Part shown: in pieces, positions 29,208 through 39,633 of the stretch
How positions within the stretch are numbered: the first letter of the stretch is position 1
Layout of the letters: each line of letters starts with the position of its first letter
DNA from: an uncultured Ilumatobacteraceae bacterium
GTDB lineage: Bacteria; Actinomycetota; Acidimicrobiia; Acidimicrobiales; Ilumatobacteraceae
DNA length: 64,000 nt
Reading direction: 5' to 3'
NCBI GenBank assembly: GCA_964651825.1
Contig: CAZYWK010000003.1
Coordinates: forward strand, 12,143-76,142
Translations under genes and position numbers: made by a program
Notes under the pieces: generated by a model
Database searches by the model: none
The model's input: the letters and a program-made list of their open reading frames with translations, nothing else
What the model was told of the DNA's origin: nothing

Positions 29208-30256
29208 TCGCCATCATGCTCTCCGGTGCGACGGCGATGCTCGTGTCGCTGTTCGGCACCCGCTGGCTGATCACGTTCTTCCGCACGAGGGGACAGGGCC
29301 AGCCGATCCTCGGCAAGGAAGATCACGGCCCCGACCATCACATGGTCAAGCAGGGCACGCCGACGATGGGTGGCCTGGCGATCGTGATCGCCGCGCTGGT
29401 CGGGTGGCTCGTCGCGCACATCCGCCCGGGCCTTGCGTTCTCCGACCAGACGATGATCGTCTGGGTCGGCGTGCTGTTCATGGCCGCGATGGGGTTCCTC
29501 GACGACTTCATCAAGGTCCGCAAGCGGCACAACCGGGGCATCTTCTGGAAGCAGAAGAACTACCTCACGATGCTCGCCAGCTTCGGGTTCGCCTGGTGGC
29601 TCGTCGTCGGGACCGGCATCTCCGAGACGATCTCGGTCACGCGGGCCGATGTCGGCTTCGAGGTGCCCACCGCGGTCTGGATCCTCTGGGCCGGGATGAT
29701 CATCTGGGCCACGACCAACGCGGTCAACGTCACCGACGGCCTCGACGGCCTCGCCGCCGGCTCGGCGCTGATGGGCTTCGGCGCCTTCACGATCATCGCC
29801 TACTGGTCGTTCCGCAACCCCGAGATCTACGGCGCGATCGTCAACCCGCTCGACATGGGCGTGTTCTCGGCGGCGTTCGCGGGGGGTTGCCTCGGATTCC
29901 TCTGGTGGAACGCGGCGCCGGCGCGGATCTTCATGGGCGACGTCGGCGCGTTGGCGTTGGGCGCCGCGCTGGCGTTCTGCGCGCTGACGCTCCAGACCAG
30001 CCTCCTGCTCGTGCTGATCTGTGCCATCAACGTGATCGAGGCCGGTTCCGTCGCCATCCAGATGGGGGTGTTCAAGGCGTCGGGCCGCAAGCGGCGGCTG
30101 TTCCGGATGTCGCCGATCCACCACCACTTCGAGCTGATCGGATGGCCGGAGACGACCGTCATCATCCGCTTCTGGCTGATCTCGGCGATCTGTGTGGCCG
30201 TGGCGCTCGGCATCTTCATCGCCGACTTCACCAACGTGGCGGGCGGGCTGCCGTGA
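29204..30256 (+). CDS. mraY: phospho-N-acetylmuramoyl-pentapeptide transferase
   Basis: 350 aa. NAVNVTDGLDGLA. GTGA overlap with the murE stop. Confidence 0.95.
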   Translation: MIAIMLSGATAMLVSLFGTRWLITFFRTRGQGQPILGKEDHGPDHHMVKQGTPTMGGLAIVIAALVGWLVAHIRPGLAFSDQTMIVWVGVLFMAAMGFLDDFIKVRKRHNRGIFWKQKNYLTMLASFGFAWWLVVGTGISETISVTRADVGFEVPTAVWILWAGMIIWATTNAVNVTDGLDGLAAGSALMGFGAFTIIAYWSFRNPEIYGAIVNPLDMGVFSAAFAGGCLGFLWWNAAPARIFMGDVGALALGAALAFCALTLQTSLLLVLICAINVIEAGSVAIQMGVFKASGRKRRLFRMSPIHHHFELIGWPETTVIIRFWLISAICVAVALGIFIADFTNVAGGLP

Positions 30257-31632
30257 GAGCGCTCGTGTACGGCCTCGCGGTCGCCGGTGCCTCGACCGTT
30301 CGGGCACTGCGCCGGCGCCACGTCGACGTCGTCGCGCTCGACGACGACGTCACCGCGGAGCGGTCGGCACTCGCTGCGTCGCTCGGCGCCGAGCTGCGGT
30401 CCCGGCCCGACGGCGACGAGCTCGACCGGCTCGTCGCGGCCTGCGACCTCGTGTGCCCGGCTCCCGGTGTACCGGAGACGCACGACGTGGTGGCCGCTGC
30501 GCACCGCCACGGTGTCGAGCTCGTCTCCGAGATCGAGCTCGCCTACCGGTGGGAGCAGCAACGAGCCGGGGGCCCGCGCCCGATGCTGGCGGTCACCGGG
30601 ACCGACGGCAAGACGACCACGACGTTGCTCACCGTGGAGATGTTGCGCGCGGCCGGCGTGCGTACCGTCGACGCCGGCAACACCGACACGCCACTCGTCG
30701 ACGCGATCGAGCTCGACCTCGACGCGTTCGTGGTCGAGTGCACGAGCTTCCGGCTGGCGTGGACGCCGACGTTCCGGGCCGAAGCGGCGGCCTGGTTGAA
30801 CCTCGCCCCCGATCATCTCAACTGGCATCGCTCGATGGACACCTACGAACAGGCGAAGGCCCGCATCTTCGCCAACCAGCAGCCCGGCGACGCCTCGATC
30901 GGCTTCGCCACCGATCCGGTGGTGATGCGGCATCTGCGTACCTCGGCCGCTCGAGCGGTCACGTTCGGGCTCGACACGGGCGACTACCGCGTCGAGCCCC
31001 AGGACGGCGCGCCGATGCTCGTGGGGCCACATGGCCCACTGCTGGCGGTGGCCGACATGCGTCGCTCGTTGCCCCACGACCTCACGAACGCGCTCGCCGC
31101 GGCAGCCCTCGTGCTCGAGTCGGGCCTGGCCGACGTCGATGCCGTACGGACCGCGCTGACCACCTTTGTCGGGCCGCCGCACCGCCTCGAGCACCTCGCC
31201 GACATCGACGGCGTCTCCTGGTTCAACGACTCCAAGGCCACCACTCCGCACGCCGCGTCGGCGGCGATCCGCAGCTTCGACCACGTCGTCCTCATCGCCG
31301 GTGGCTACGACAAGCACGTCGACCTGTCACCGATGGCCGCCGAGCCCGATCGAGTCGATGCGCTGATCGCCATCGGCGACACCGGCCCTGCGCTCGCTCG
31401 CATGTTCGCGGCCGTCGAACACGTCGAGGTCGTCGCCGACCTGCCGGCCGCGGTCGGCCGGGCGGCGCAGATCGCCGAGCCGGGACAGACCGTGCTGCTG
31501 TCACCCGGCTGCGCCAGCTTCGACCAGTACCGCGGCTTCGAGGCTCGCGGCGACCACTTCCGGTCGCTCGTCGACGAACTGCGACCGGCCTCCCACGAAC
31601 CGTCCCGCCACCAACCAGGAGATCGACGATGA
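30253..31632 (+). CDS. murD: UDP-MurNAc-L-Ala:D-Glu ligase
   Basis: 459 aa from the GTG in a GTGA overlap. GTDGKTTT P-loop. Confidence 0.9.
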   Translation: MRALVYGLAVAGASTVRALRRRHVDVVALDDDVTAERSALAASLGAELRSRPDGDELDRLVAACDLVCPAPGVPETHDVVAAAHRHGVELVSEIELAYRWEQQRAGGPRPMLAVTGTDGKTTTTLLTVEMLRAAGVRTVDAGNTDTPLVDAIELDLDAFVVECTSFRLAWTPTFRAEAAAWLNLAPDHLNWHRSMDTYEQAKARIFANQQPGDASIGFATDPVVMRHLRTSAARAVTFGLDTGDYRVEPQDGAPMLVGPHGPLLAVADMRRSLPHDLTNALAAAALVLESGLADVDAVRTALTTFVGPPHRLEHLADIDGVSWFNDSKATTPHAASAAIRSFDHVVLIAGGYDKHVDLSPMAAEPDRVDALIAIGDTGPALARMFAAVEHVEVVADLPAAVGRAAQIAEPGQTVLLSPGCASFDQYRGFEARGDHFRSLVDELRPASHEPSRHQPGDRR

Positions 31633-32966
31633 CCGCCCCACTCACCGTCGGCGATCGTCGCCGCGCGGCACTCCAACGCCTCCACGGCGACGTCGCGGTC
31701 GCCGCTCCGGCACGGTCCGCTCCACGGCGCGCCCGGTCAGGTCGCGACGCCGCCCCGGCTGGAGCCCGGCGCCGGCGGACCACCCCCGCCGAGGCCCGAG
31801 CGCGTCTCGACATGGGCCGCCGGCTCGGGATCGGCAGCCAGACGATCACGACGCGGACCGCCCCCCTCGGCCCGCCGACGGGCACGTACTATGCGATCGC
31901 CGGCGTCGTCACGGTCTTCGTGATGCTCGGCCTCGTCATGGTGCTCTCGGCGTCGGCCGTCACGGAGGCGAACCTCGGCAACTCGCCGTACCGGGTGTTC
32001 GGACGGCAGGCCATGTGGGCTGGCTTCGGTCTCGTCAGCCTCGTCGTCGCGGCCCGGCTCCCGTACCAGCGGTGGCAACGCCTCATCGTTCCCCTCGGGT
32101 TGCTCGGTGTGGTCGCCATGTGCCTGCCGTTCGTTCCCGGGCTGGGCGCCAACATCAACGGCGCCAGCTCGTGGATCCGGCTCGGCGGGCTCAGCGTGCA
32201 GCCGTCGGAGTTCCTCAAGCTGGCCGTCGTCGTGCTCGCCGCCGACCTGCTCGCCCGCCGCAACGACGACGTCGTCGAGGCGCGCCGGGCGATCGTGCCG
32301 ATCTCACTGCTCGCCGGTGTGGGCGCCGGATTGTGTCTCGCCCAGGGCGACCTCGGTTCAGCGGTCGTGTTGGCGGCAATCGTGCTGTCGGTGGCCTGGA
32401 TCGCCGGTGTGCCGATCACCCACCTCGCCACCGTCGTCGCCGGCGGCGCCGCGATCGCCCTGCTGTTCGTCGTGTCGAGCCCCCGCCGGCTCGCCCGCTT
32501 CACCGCGTTCACCAACGTGGCCGAGGAGAAGGACCACCTCGCGTACCAGATCTACCAGGGCTACCTCAGCATCGCCTCCGGTGGGTTGACCGGCTCGGGC
32601 ATCGGCGGTGGGAAGGGCAAGCTCGGTTACCTGCCGTACGCCCAGAGCGACTTCATCTTCGCGGTGATCGCCGACGAGCTCGGCTTCGTCGGTACCGCGG
32701 CGGTGATCGGTGGATTCATCATGCTCGTCGCCTTCGGCATCCAGACCGCGCTCGCCGCACCCGACCGCTTCGGCATGCTGCTCGCCGGTGGGATCGCGAC
32801 GTGGTTCGGCGTGCAGGCCATCGTCAACCTCGGCGGTGTGGTCGGGCGCCTCCCGGTCACCGGGCTCACGTTGCCGTTCTTCTCGGCGGGGGGCAGCTCG
32901 CTGTTCGTGAGCATGACGGCGGCGGGCCTGCTGCTGTCGGTCGCCCGGCGCGTCGTGCGGTCGTGA
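31629..32966 (+). CDS. ftsW: SEDS-family peptidoglycan glycosyltransferase FtsW
   Basis: 445 aa from an ATGA overlap. Multi-TM. SDFIFAVIADELGF and PFFSAGGSS motifs. Confidence 0.9.
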   Translation: MTAPLTVGDRRRAALQRLHGDVAVAAPARSAPRRARSGRDAAPAGARRRRTTPAEARARLDMGRRLGIGSQTITTRTAPLGPPTGTYYAIAGVVTVFVMLGLVMVLSASAVTEANLGNSPYRVFGRQAMWAGFGLVSLVVAARLPYQRWQRLIVPLGLLGVVAMCLPFVPGLGANINGASSWIRLGGLSVQPSEFLKLAVVVLAADLLARRNDDVVEARRAIVPISLLAGVGAGLCLAQGDLGSAVVLAAIVLSVAWIAGVPITHLATVVAGGAAIALLFVVSSPRRLARFTAFTNVAEEKDHLAYQIYQGYLSIASGGLTGSGIGGGKGKLGYLPYAQSDFIFAVIADELGFVGTAAVIGGFIMLVAFGIQTALAAPDRFGMLLAGGIATWFGVQAIVNLGGVVGRLPVTGLTLPFFSAGGSSLFVSMTAAGLLLSVARRVVRS

Positions 32967-34075
32967 CCGGTTGCTTCGCGGTCGTCACCGGAGGTGGCAC
33001 AGCCGGCCACGTGCTGCCGGCGATCGCGGTCGCCGAGGCGCTCGTCGCCGCCGGTCACGACCCGGCGACCATCCGCTACGTCGGGTCCGACCGCGGCATC
33101 GAGACCCGGCTGCTCCCCGAGACCCCGTTCCCGTTCACGTTCTGCGACGTCGTCGGCTTCCAGCGGCGCGTCGACCGTCGCAACCTGGCGTTCGTGCCCA
33201 AGATGGCCACGGCGACGCGCCAGATGCTCGCCGCGTTCCGCGCCGATCGCCCCCAGGTGGTGGTGTCGGTCGGTGGGTACGCCAGCATGCCGTCGGTGTT
33301 CGCCGCCGGCCGGCTCGGCATCCCCGTCGTCGTCGTCTCCTACGACCGCACGCCGGGCCGCGCCAGCCGGCTGTCGGCTCGCCGGGCCGTGGCGAGCGCC
33401 GTCGCGTTCGACGGCTCGCCGCTGCCGCGAGCCGAAGTCACCGGCGCTCCGATCCGCCAGGCCATCCTCGACGTCGACCGCATCGGTGGGCGTGCCGAGG
33501 CCCGCCGGCTGCTCGGTGTGCCCGACGACCGGTTCCTGATCGCGGTGATGGGTGGTTCGCTCGGATCGAGCCCGCTGAACGAGGCCATCGGCGCCTACGT
33601 GGTCGAACATCGCGACGACACGAACCTCGCCGTACACCACGTGGCGGGGGAGCGCTTCGCCGGCGCCATCGAGACGATCACCGCCGATCCCGGTGTGCTG
33701 CACCGGGTGGTCGGCTACGAGGCGAACATGCCCGCCGTCTACGCGGCCGCCGACCTGCTGATCGGGCGCGGCGGGGCGAGCACCGTCCATGAGGTCGCCG
33801 TGACGGGCATGCCGGCGATCCTCGTGCCGTGGCCGGCAGCTGCTGACGATCACCAGCGTGACAACATCGCCTGGCTCACCGAGGTCGGTGGCGCGGTGAT
33901 GCTCGACGACGCCGAGCTCGCCACCCGGCTCGGGCCGGAGATCGAACGGTTGCGTGCCGACGGTGACGTGCGAGCCGAGCTCTCGGCGAACGCGGCCCGT
34001 CGCGGAGACGTCCATCGTCACGGCGCATTGGCCAGTTTGATCGATCGGGTCGCCGTAACATCGACGCCATCGTGA
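32963..34075 (+). CDS. murG: UDP-GlcNAc:lipid I GlcNAc transferase
   Basis: 370 aa from a GTGA overlap. TGGGTAGHVLPA motif. Confidence 0.9.
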   Translation: MTGCFAVVTGGGTAGHVLPAIAVAEALVAAGHDPATIRYVGSDRGIETRLLPETPFPFTFCDVVGFQRRVDRRNLAFVPKMATATRQMLAAFRADRPQVVVSVGGYASMPSVFAAGRLGIPVVVVSYDRTPGRASRLSARRAVASAVAFDGSPLPRAEVTGAPIRQAILDVDRIGGRAEARRLLGVPDDRFLIAVMGGSLGSSPLNEAIGAYVVEHRDDTNLAVHHVAGERFAGAIETITADPGVLHRVVGYEANMPAVYAAADLLIGRGGASTVHEVAVTGMPAILVPWPAAADDHQRDNIAWLTEVGGAVMLDDAELATRLGPEIERLRADGDVRAELSANAARRGDVHRHGALASLIDRVAVTSTPS

Positions 34076-35556
34076 CGACCGTTTCCCCACCGATCGAGCC
34101 CGGCCCGATCGTCCCCGTACCTCTCGGTGCACCCGTCGATCCCGCTCCGATCGATCTGGGCACCCCTCGCCGGTTGCACGTCGTGGGGGTCGGTGGGCCC
34201 GGGATGAGCGCGATCGCGATCGCGCTCGCCGAGATGGGCCACGACGTCTCCGGCTCCGACCTGCGCGAGCACCCCGTTCTCGAGCGGGTCCGGGCTGCCG
34301 GGGTGGTCGTCCACATCGGTCACGACCGGGTGGTCGTCCACGGCGTCGATGCCGTCACCGCCTCCACGGCGATCCCGCGTCACAACATCGAGCTCGACGA
34401 GGCGCGCTCGATCGGTGTGCCGGTGCTCAGCCGGGCCGGGATGCTGGCGGCGATCTGCGCCGAGGCGAGCTCGTTGGCCGTCGCCGGCACGCACGGCAAG
34501 ACCACCACCACTTCGATGTTGATGCTGATCCTCGCCGAGGCCGGGAGGCGTCCGAGCTTCGTGATCGGGGGCGATGTCACCGACGTCGGCACCGGCGCGC
34601 AATGGACGGGTGGGCCGTGGTTCGTCGTCGAGGCCGACGAGAGCGACGGGACGCACCTCGAGCTGCCGCTGTACGGCACGGTGCTCACCAATGTCGAGGT
34701 CGACCATCTCGACCACTACGGCAGCTTCGCCGCGATCCTCGACAGCTTCGACAGATATCTCGGCAAGATCGCCGGACCGAAGGTCGTCTGTGGCGACGAC
34801 CTCCACGCCTCGACGCTGGCGCGCCGGCACGGAGCGATCACCTATGGGCTCTCCGACGGCGTCGATGTGCGTGCTGTCGATGTCGAGGCCACCTCGGGTG
34901 CTTTCCGATTTTCGATCGTGCGTGGCGATCGGGAGCACGCCGACCTGGCCGGTGTGGCGGCCGGCCACGTCGTCGACATCGAACTGCCGCTGCGCGGGGT
35001 GCACAACGTCGTCAATGCGACCGGTGCGGCGGCGATGGCCTTGGCACTCGGGGTCGAGCCCGTCCACATCGCAACCGCGCTGGCGCGCTTCGGCGGGGTC
35101 GCCCGCCGCTTCGACATCCGCGGCACCGACGCCGGCGCGACGTTCGTCGACGACTACGCCCACCTGCCGACCGAGATCGCCGCCGTGCTCGCTGCCGCCA
35201 GGTCGAGCGGCGACGGATGGACGCGTGTCATCTCGGTGTTCCAGCCGAATCGCTACAACCGAATCTCGGAGATCTGGGCCGACTACGCCGACGCATTCAC
35301 CGATTCCGACGTCGTCGTGCTCACCGACATCTACGCGTCGGGCACGACCCCGATCCCCGGCGTGACCGGAAAGCTGATCGTCAACGCCGTCGCCGAGGCA
35401 CACCCCGAGCAGCGGGTCGTGTGGCTGCCACGGCGCGACGACCTCGTCGGCTTCATCGCCGGCGAGGCCAGGACGGGCGACGTCTGCATCTCCATGGGGT
35501 GCGGCGACATCGCGACGTTCCCCACGGAGGTGCTCGATGCACGACGTTCGCGATGA
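34072..35556 (+). CDS. murC: UDP-MurNAc:L-Ala ligase
   Basis: 494 aa. GVGGPGMSAIA and GTHGKTTTT. Confidence 0.9.
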   Translation: MTTVSPPIEPGPIVPVPLGAPVDPAPIDLGTPRRLHVVGVGGPGMSAIAIALAEMGHDVSGSDLREHPVLERVRAAGVVVHIGHDRVVVHGVDAVTASTAIPRHNIELDEARSIGVPVLSRAGMLAAICAEASSLAVAGTHGKTTTTSMLMLILAEAGRRPSFVIGGDVTDVGTGAQWTGGPWFVVEADESDGTHLELPLYGTVLTNVEVDHLDHYGSFAAILDSFDRYLGKIAGPKVVCGDDLHASTLARRHGAITYGLSDGVDVRAVDVEATSGAFRFSIVRGDREHADLAGVAAGHVVDIELPLRGVHNVVNATGAAAMALALGVEPVHIATALARFGGVARRFDIRGTDAGATFVDDYAHLPTEIAAVLAAARSSGDGWTRVISVFQPNRYNRISEIWADYADAFTDSDVVVLTDIYASGTTPIPGVTGKLIVNAVAEAHPEQRVVWLPRRDDLVGFIAGEARTGDVCISMGCGDIATFPTEVLDARRSR

Positions 35557-36517
35557 CGCGCCGGCACCGACCGGCGTGAGCGACGCAGTTCGGGCCGCGG
35601 CAGCCGAGCTCGGTGGCCTCGCTCGCCTCGACGTGCCGATCGGGCCGCTCACCACGTATCGGGTGGGCGGGAACGCGGCGGTGTTCGTGGAGCTGACCGA
35701 CCTCGCCGATGCGGCGCGCCTGGCGCGAGCGGCGGCGGTGTCCGGTCTCCCCGTGCTCGTGATCGGGCGCGGCTCGAACCTGCTCGTGGCCGACACCGGA
35801 TACGAGGGCATCATCGTGTCGATGGCTCCGATCAGCGACCGTTTCACCATCGACACCGACCGTGCGACGGTGCGGGCCGGCTCGTCGGTACCGCTGCCGG
35901 TGCTCGCCCGCCAGACCGCGGCGCGTGGTCTGACCGGCTTCGAATGGGCGGTCGGGGTGCCCGGCTCGATCGGTGGGGCCGTACGGATGAACGCCGGCGG
36001 CCACGGCTCCGACATGTCGGCGTCGCTCACCGAGGTGCGAGTGATCGATCTCGACGCACCCGATCCGGCGACGCCTGTCGTCGTGCCCGCCGCCGAGCTG
36101 GGGCTCCGATTCCGGGGCAGTGGGCTGGCCCCGCACCGGCTCGTGCTCGACGCCGAGCTCCAACTCGCTCACGGCGACCGGCACGAGGCCGAGGCGACGA
36201 TCGGCGAGATCGTGGCGTGGCGCCGGGCCAACCAGCCCGGCGGACAGAACGCCGGATCGGTGTTCGTCAACCCGGTGCCGGGTGAGGTCAGCGCCGGGGC
36301 GCTGATCGACCGGGCCGGCCTGCGTGGCGCCCGCGTCGGCTCGGCGTCGGTGTCGGAGAAGCACGCCAACTTCATCCAGGCCGACGACGGCGGCCGCGCG
36401 GCCGACGTGTACGCCCTGATGCTGCTGGTCCACGACCGCGTCGCCGAGGTGACGGGATACGTCCTGCGCAGCGAGATCCGCCTGCTCGGCTTCCCTCCGA
36501 TCGGGGCCACGGCCTGA
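35537..36517 (+). CDS. murB: UDP-N-acetylenolpyruvoylglucosamine reductase
   Basis: 326 aa. FAD-binding TTYRVGG and GRGSNLL motifs. Confidence 0.85.
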   Translation: MHDVRDDAPAPTGVSDAVRAAAAELGGLARLDVPIGPLTTYRVGGNAAVFVELTDLADAARLARAAAVSGLPVLVIGRGSNLLVADTGYEGIIVSMAPISDRFTIDTDRATVRAGSSVPLPVLARQTAARGLTGFEWAVGVPGSIGGAVRMNAGGHGSDMSASLTEVRVIDLDAPDPATPVVVPAAELGLRFRGSGLAPHRLVLDAELQLAHGDRHEAEATIGEIVAWRRANQPGGQNAGSVFVNPVPGEVSAGALIDRAGLRGARVGSASVSEKHANFIQADDGGRAADVYALMLLVHDRVAEVTGYVLRSEIRLLGFPPIGATA

Positions 36518-37656
36518 TGTTCGGCTCGAAGCGTCGCAAGCAGCGCGCCGCCGACGACACGACCGCGCGGACGGGTTCGGGCGATGTCCGCCTCGTTCCG
36601 ATCGGTGATGGTGCCGCCGGATCGGCCGGTCCGGGCCCGGCGGCCACGGCCACGTCGGGGTCGGTCGGGCTCGGCGCGACCCCTGCCAACGACGCGGTGC
36701 TCGGCGAACTGTCGGTGGCGTTCGGTGAGCGGCCGACGATCACCATCGGCGGTGACGACGAGCTCCCCGACGCCGTGTATCTCGACGACGAGCTCGAACG
36801 AGGCGTGGCAACCGGGGCCACCCTGTTCATCGACGACGACGGCTCCGCCGACGCGGTCGCACCCAAGGACGCCGCGACGCGGGGCATCGAGCCGCGGCTG
36901 CGCCAGCGACGCATCGGCGTCCGCCGGGCCGAGAGCCGGCGGCGCCTGAAGTGGGTGGCCGTTGCCGTTGCCGTGCTGCTCGTGGTGGTCACCGCGTTGG
37001 CGCTGCTCGGTTCGTCACTGTTCGCGGTCGACGACGTCCAGGTCAGCGGCAACGTGTACACCGATCCGGTCGAGCTCCAGGCGGTGGTCGACGACCTCAT
37101 GGGAACGCCGGTCCTGCGTGTCGACACGCTCGCCGCGGAGGCGCAGCTCGAGGCGATCCCGTGGGTCGAAGCTGCCAGGGTCAGCACGTCGTTCCCGAAC
37201 TCGGCGACCATCGAGATCCGCGAACGGACACCGCTCGTCGCGATGCTCGGCGCCGACGGCATGACCAGGGTGCTCGACCGCGACGCGCGGGTGCTGTCGG
37301 TGATCGAGGGGCAGCCGGTGGCGCTGGTGTGGATCAGCGGCCCGGGCACGCTCGACGTCCCGGTCGGGGGCACGGGATCGATCGGCTATTCGTCGGCGGC
37401 GTCGCTCGTCACCAAGCTCACCCCGACCGTCAGATCGCGGGTCGACTCGATGCTGGTCACCCCCGATGGCTCCGATCTCCGGCTCGTCCTCACCGGTGTG
37501 GAAGACAACGGGCCCGTCGAGGTTCGGTTCGGGTCGGCCATCGGCGACAGCGAGCAGATCGCCAAGCTGGTCCGGCTCGAACGTAAGCTCGAAGATCTCG
37601 GCGCCGATCCCGTGTCGGTCATCGATGTCTCGACCGCAGAAGTAACCGTCCTGTGA
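36517..37656 (+). CDS. ftsQ: cell division protein FtsQ (POTRA domain)
   Basis: 379 aa. Long N-terminal tail, a TM helix, then a POTRA-like VDDVQVSGN segment. Lies just upstream of ftsZ. Confidence 0.8.
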   Translation: MFGSKRRKQRAADDTTARTGSGDVRLVPIGDGAAGSAGPGPAATATSGSVGLGATPANDAVLGELSVAFGERPTITIGGDDELPDAVYLDDELERGVATGATLFIDDDGSADAVAPKDAATRGIEPRLRQRRIGVRRAESRRRLKWVAVAVAVLLVVVTALALLGSSLFAVDDVQVSGNVYTDPVELQAVVDDLMGTPVLRVDTLAAEAQLEAIPWVEAARVSTSFPNSATIEIRERTPLVAMLGADGMTRVLDRDARVLSVIEGQPVALVWISGPGTLDVPVGGTGSIGYSSAASLVTKLTPTVRSRVDSMLVTPDGSDLRLVLTGVEDNGPVEVRFGSAIGDSEQIAKLVRLERKLEDLGADPVSVIDVSTAEVTVL

Positions 37657-37670
37657 GCGAACGAGGGAGC

Positions 37671-37696
37671 AGAACGGGGGCTAGCGTCCCCGTTCT
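37671..37696 (+). terminator. 9-bp stem hairpin between ftsQ and ftsZ (possible partial terminator or processing site)
   Basis: AGAACGGGG (37671-37679) pairs with CCCCGTTCT (37688-37696). 8-nt loop. Confidence 0.3.
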
Positions 37697-37792
37697 TGTG
37701 CCGCAGACCTGGCAGGATGTGCGCCAGTCCGTTGACGGACGCGTGGATGAACGATTGGAACCCATGAACTCGAACCGATGGAGGATCCGCTG

Positions 37793-38893
37793 ATGGTCGG
37801 CGCTCCGCAGAACTATCTCGCCGTCATCAAGGTCGTCGGTGTCGGCGGCGGCGGCGTCAACGCTGTCAACCGCATGATCGACGCCGGACTCAAAGGTGTC
37901 GAGTTCATCGCGGTCAACACCGACGCGCAGGCCTTGTTGATGAGCGACGCCGACGTCAAGCTCGACGTCGGCCGCGACCTCACCCGCGGCCTCGGTGCCG
38001 GCAGCGACCCCGAGGTGGGCCGGTCGGCCGCCGAGGCGCACCACGACGAGATCGAAGAGATGGTCCGCGGCGCCGACATGGTGTTCATCACCGCCGGCGA
38101 AGGTGGCGGTACCGGCACCGGCGCCGCGCCGGTGATCGCCGAGATCGCCCGCGAGGCCGGTGCCCTCACCATCGGCGTGGTCACCCGTCCGTTCTCGTTC
38201 GAGGGGCGGCGCCGCGCGGTGCAGGCCGACAGTGGGGTGCAAAAGCTGAAGGAGAAGGTCGACACGCTGATCGTCATCCCCAACGATCGCCTGCTCACCG
38301 TCGCCAACGACAAGACGAGCGTGCTCAACGCGTTCAAGATGGCCGACGAGGTTCTGCTTCAGGGCGTGTCGGGCATCACCGGGCTGATCACCACCCCGGG
38401 CCTGATCAACACCGACTTCGCCGACGTGAAGATGGTGCTGTCCAACGCCGGCTCCGCCCTGATGGGGATCGGCCAGGCGAGCGGCGACGAGCGGGCGGTG
38501 TCGGCGGCCAAGGCAGCCATCTCCAGCCCACTGCTCGAGTCCGCGATCGACGGCGCACGTGGCGTGCTGCTGAACATCACCGGCCCGTCGTCGATGGGGT
38601 TGTTCGAGATGAACGCAGCGGCCGAGATCATCCACGGCGTGGCCCATCAGGACGCCAACATCATCTTCGGCACGGTGATCGACGACGAGATGGGCGACGA
38701 GGTGCGCATCACCGTGATCGCCGCCGGCTTCGACCGGGTCGACGGCGCTCCAGCGGGCCGCGGTTCGGGCTCCGACGTGCCGCGCACGGGTGCGCCGACG
38801 CGCATCACCGAGCTGTTCGGTGATGTCGACGAGCCCGACCCGCTCGATCCCGACGACGACGACGACTTCGACGTGCCGTCGTTCCTCAAGTAG
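37793..38893 (+). CDS. ftsZ: cell division GTPase FtsZ
   Basis: Start moved to the second ATG, which is preceded by GGAGGA at 37780-37785. [10 protein letters not shown] tubulin signature. C-terminal peptide [10 protein letters not shown]. Confidence 0.95.
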   Translation: MVGAPQNYLAVIKVVGVGGGGVNAVNRMIDAGLKGVEFIAVNTDAQALLMSDADVKLDVGRDLTRGLGAGSDPEVGRSAAEAHHDEIEEMVRGADMVFITAGEGGGTGTGAAPVIAEIAREAGALTIGVVTRPFSFEGRRRAVQADSGVQKLKEKVDTLIVIPNDRLLTVANDKTSVLNAFKMADEVLLQGVSGITGLITTPGLINTDFADVKMVLSNAGSALMGIGQASGDERAVSAAKAAISSPLLESAIDGARGVLLNITGPSSMGLFEMNAAAEIIHGVAHQDANIIFGTVIDDEMGDEVRITVIAAGFDRVDGAPAGRGSGSDVPRTGAPTRITELFGDVDEPDPLDPDDDDDFDVPSFLK

Positions 38894-38940
38894 CGCACGC
38901 GTCCGCACCCACGCGGGTTCGACCTCCGGAACGGCGCACG

Positions 38941-39633
38941 GTGCTCGATCTGTTCCGTGGGCCGGTCGGCGAGCTCGAGTTCGTGGTCGTGGCCACCGAT
39001 GCCGCCGACGGCGACATGCGGCCCGACCGGGCCGACTCCATGCGCGATCCTGCATGGGTGATGGTCGACGAGGAGCACGGTGTCGAGGTGTTCGACGCCG
39101 ACGCCGGGGCTGGATCGCCCCCTGTGGGCACCCTTCCGATCGGCGATGTGATCGTCACTCGACGCGCCGATGTCCCGGTCGCGATCTGGGCGGGCGACTG
39201 CGCCCCGGTCGTGTTGTGCGGTGCCGATGGCACGCTCGTCGCGGTACATGCCGGATGGAAAGGCCTTGCCGCGGGCGTGCTCGATGTCGCCGTCGGCGCG
39301 TTGCGCTCGCGGGGTGATCGGGTCGCCGCCGCGGTGCTGGGGCCGTGCATCCACCCCGAGTGCTACGAGTTCGGGCCCAACGAACTGGCGGCGGTGGCGG
39401 CCGGCCTCGGCGTCGAGGTCGCCTCGATCACCGGCCGCACCGCTGGCGGCGGGACGGCGCTGGACGTCCCGGCGGCGGTGGCGGCCGGGCTCGCACGCCA
39501 TGGTGTGACGCTCGATGTGGTCGGTGCCTGCACCGCGTGTGACCGTCGATGGTTCTCCCATCGCTCCCGCCGCGATGAGGCACGACACGCCGTGGTGGCC
39601 TGGACGGTGCCAGGTTCGGAGCGTTCCGGGTGA
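38941..39633 (+). CDS. pgeF: peptidoglycan editing factor PgeF / YfiH-family (laccase-domain) protein
   Basis: 230 aa. VHAGWKGLAAGV and PCIHPECYEF motifs. Confidence 0.85.
   Translation: MLDLFRGPVGELEFVVVATDAADGDMRPDRADSMRDPAWVMVDEEHGVEVFDADAGAGSPPVGTLPIGDVIVTRRADVPVAIWAGDCAPVVLCGADGTLVAVHAGWKGLAAGVLDVAVGALRSRGDRVAAAVLGPCIHPECYEFGPNELAAVAAGLGVEVASITGRTAGGGTALDVPAAVAAGLARHGVTLDVVGACTACDRRWFSHRSRRDEARHAVVAWTVPGSERSG

Noticed and set aside
38890-38901. Identical 12-mer GTAGCGCACGCG straddling the stop codons of ftsZ (38890) and dnaE (58909)
   Set aside because: A single shared 12-mer in 64 kb of biased-composition DNA is expected by chance. There is no extended similarity around it.
38893-38941. 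tRNA-like GGGTTCGACC T-loop-like motif in the ftsZ-pgeF spacer
   Set aside because: There is no complementary T-stem, acceptor stem or anticodon arm, and the spacer is only 47 nt.
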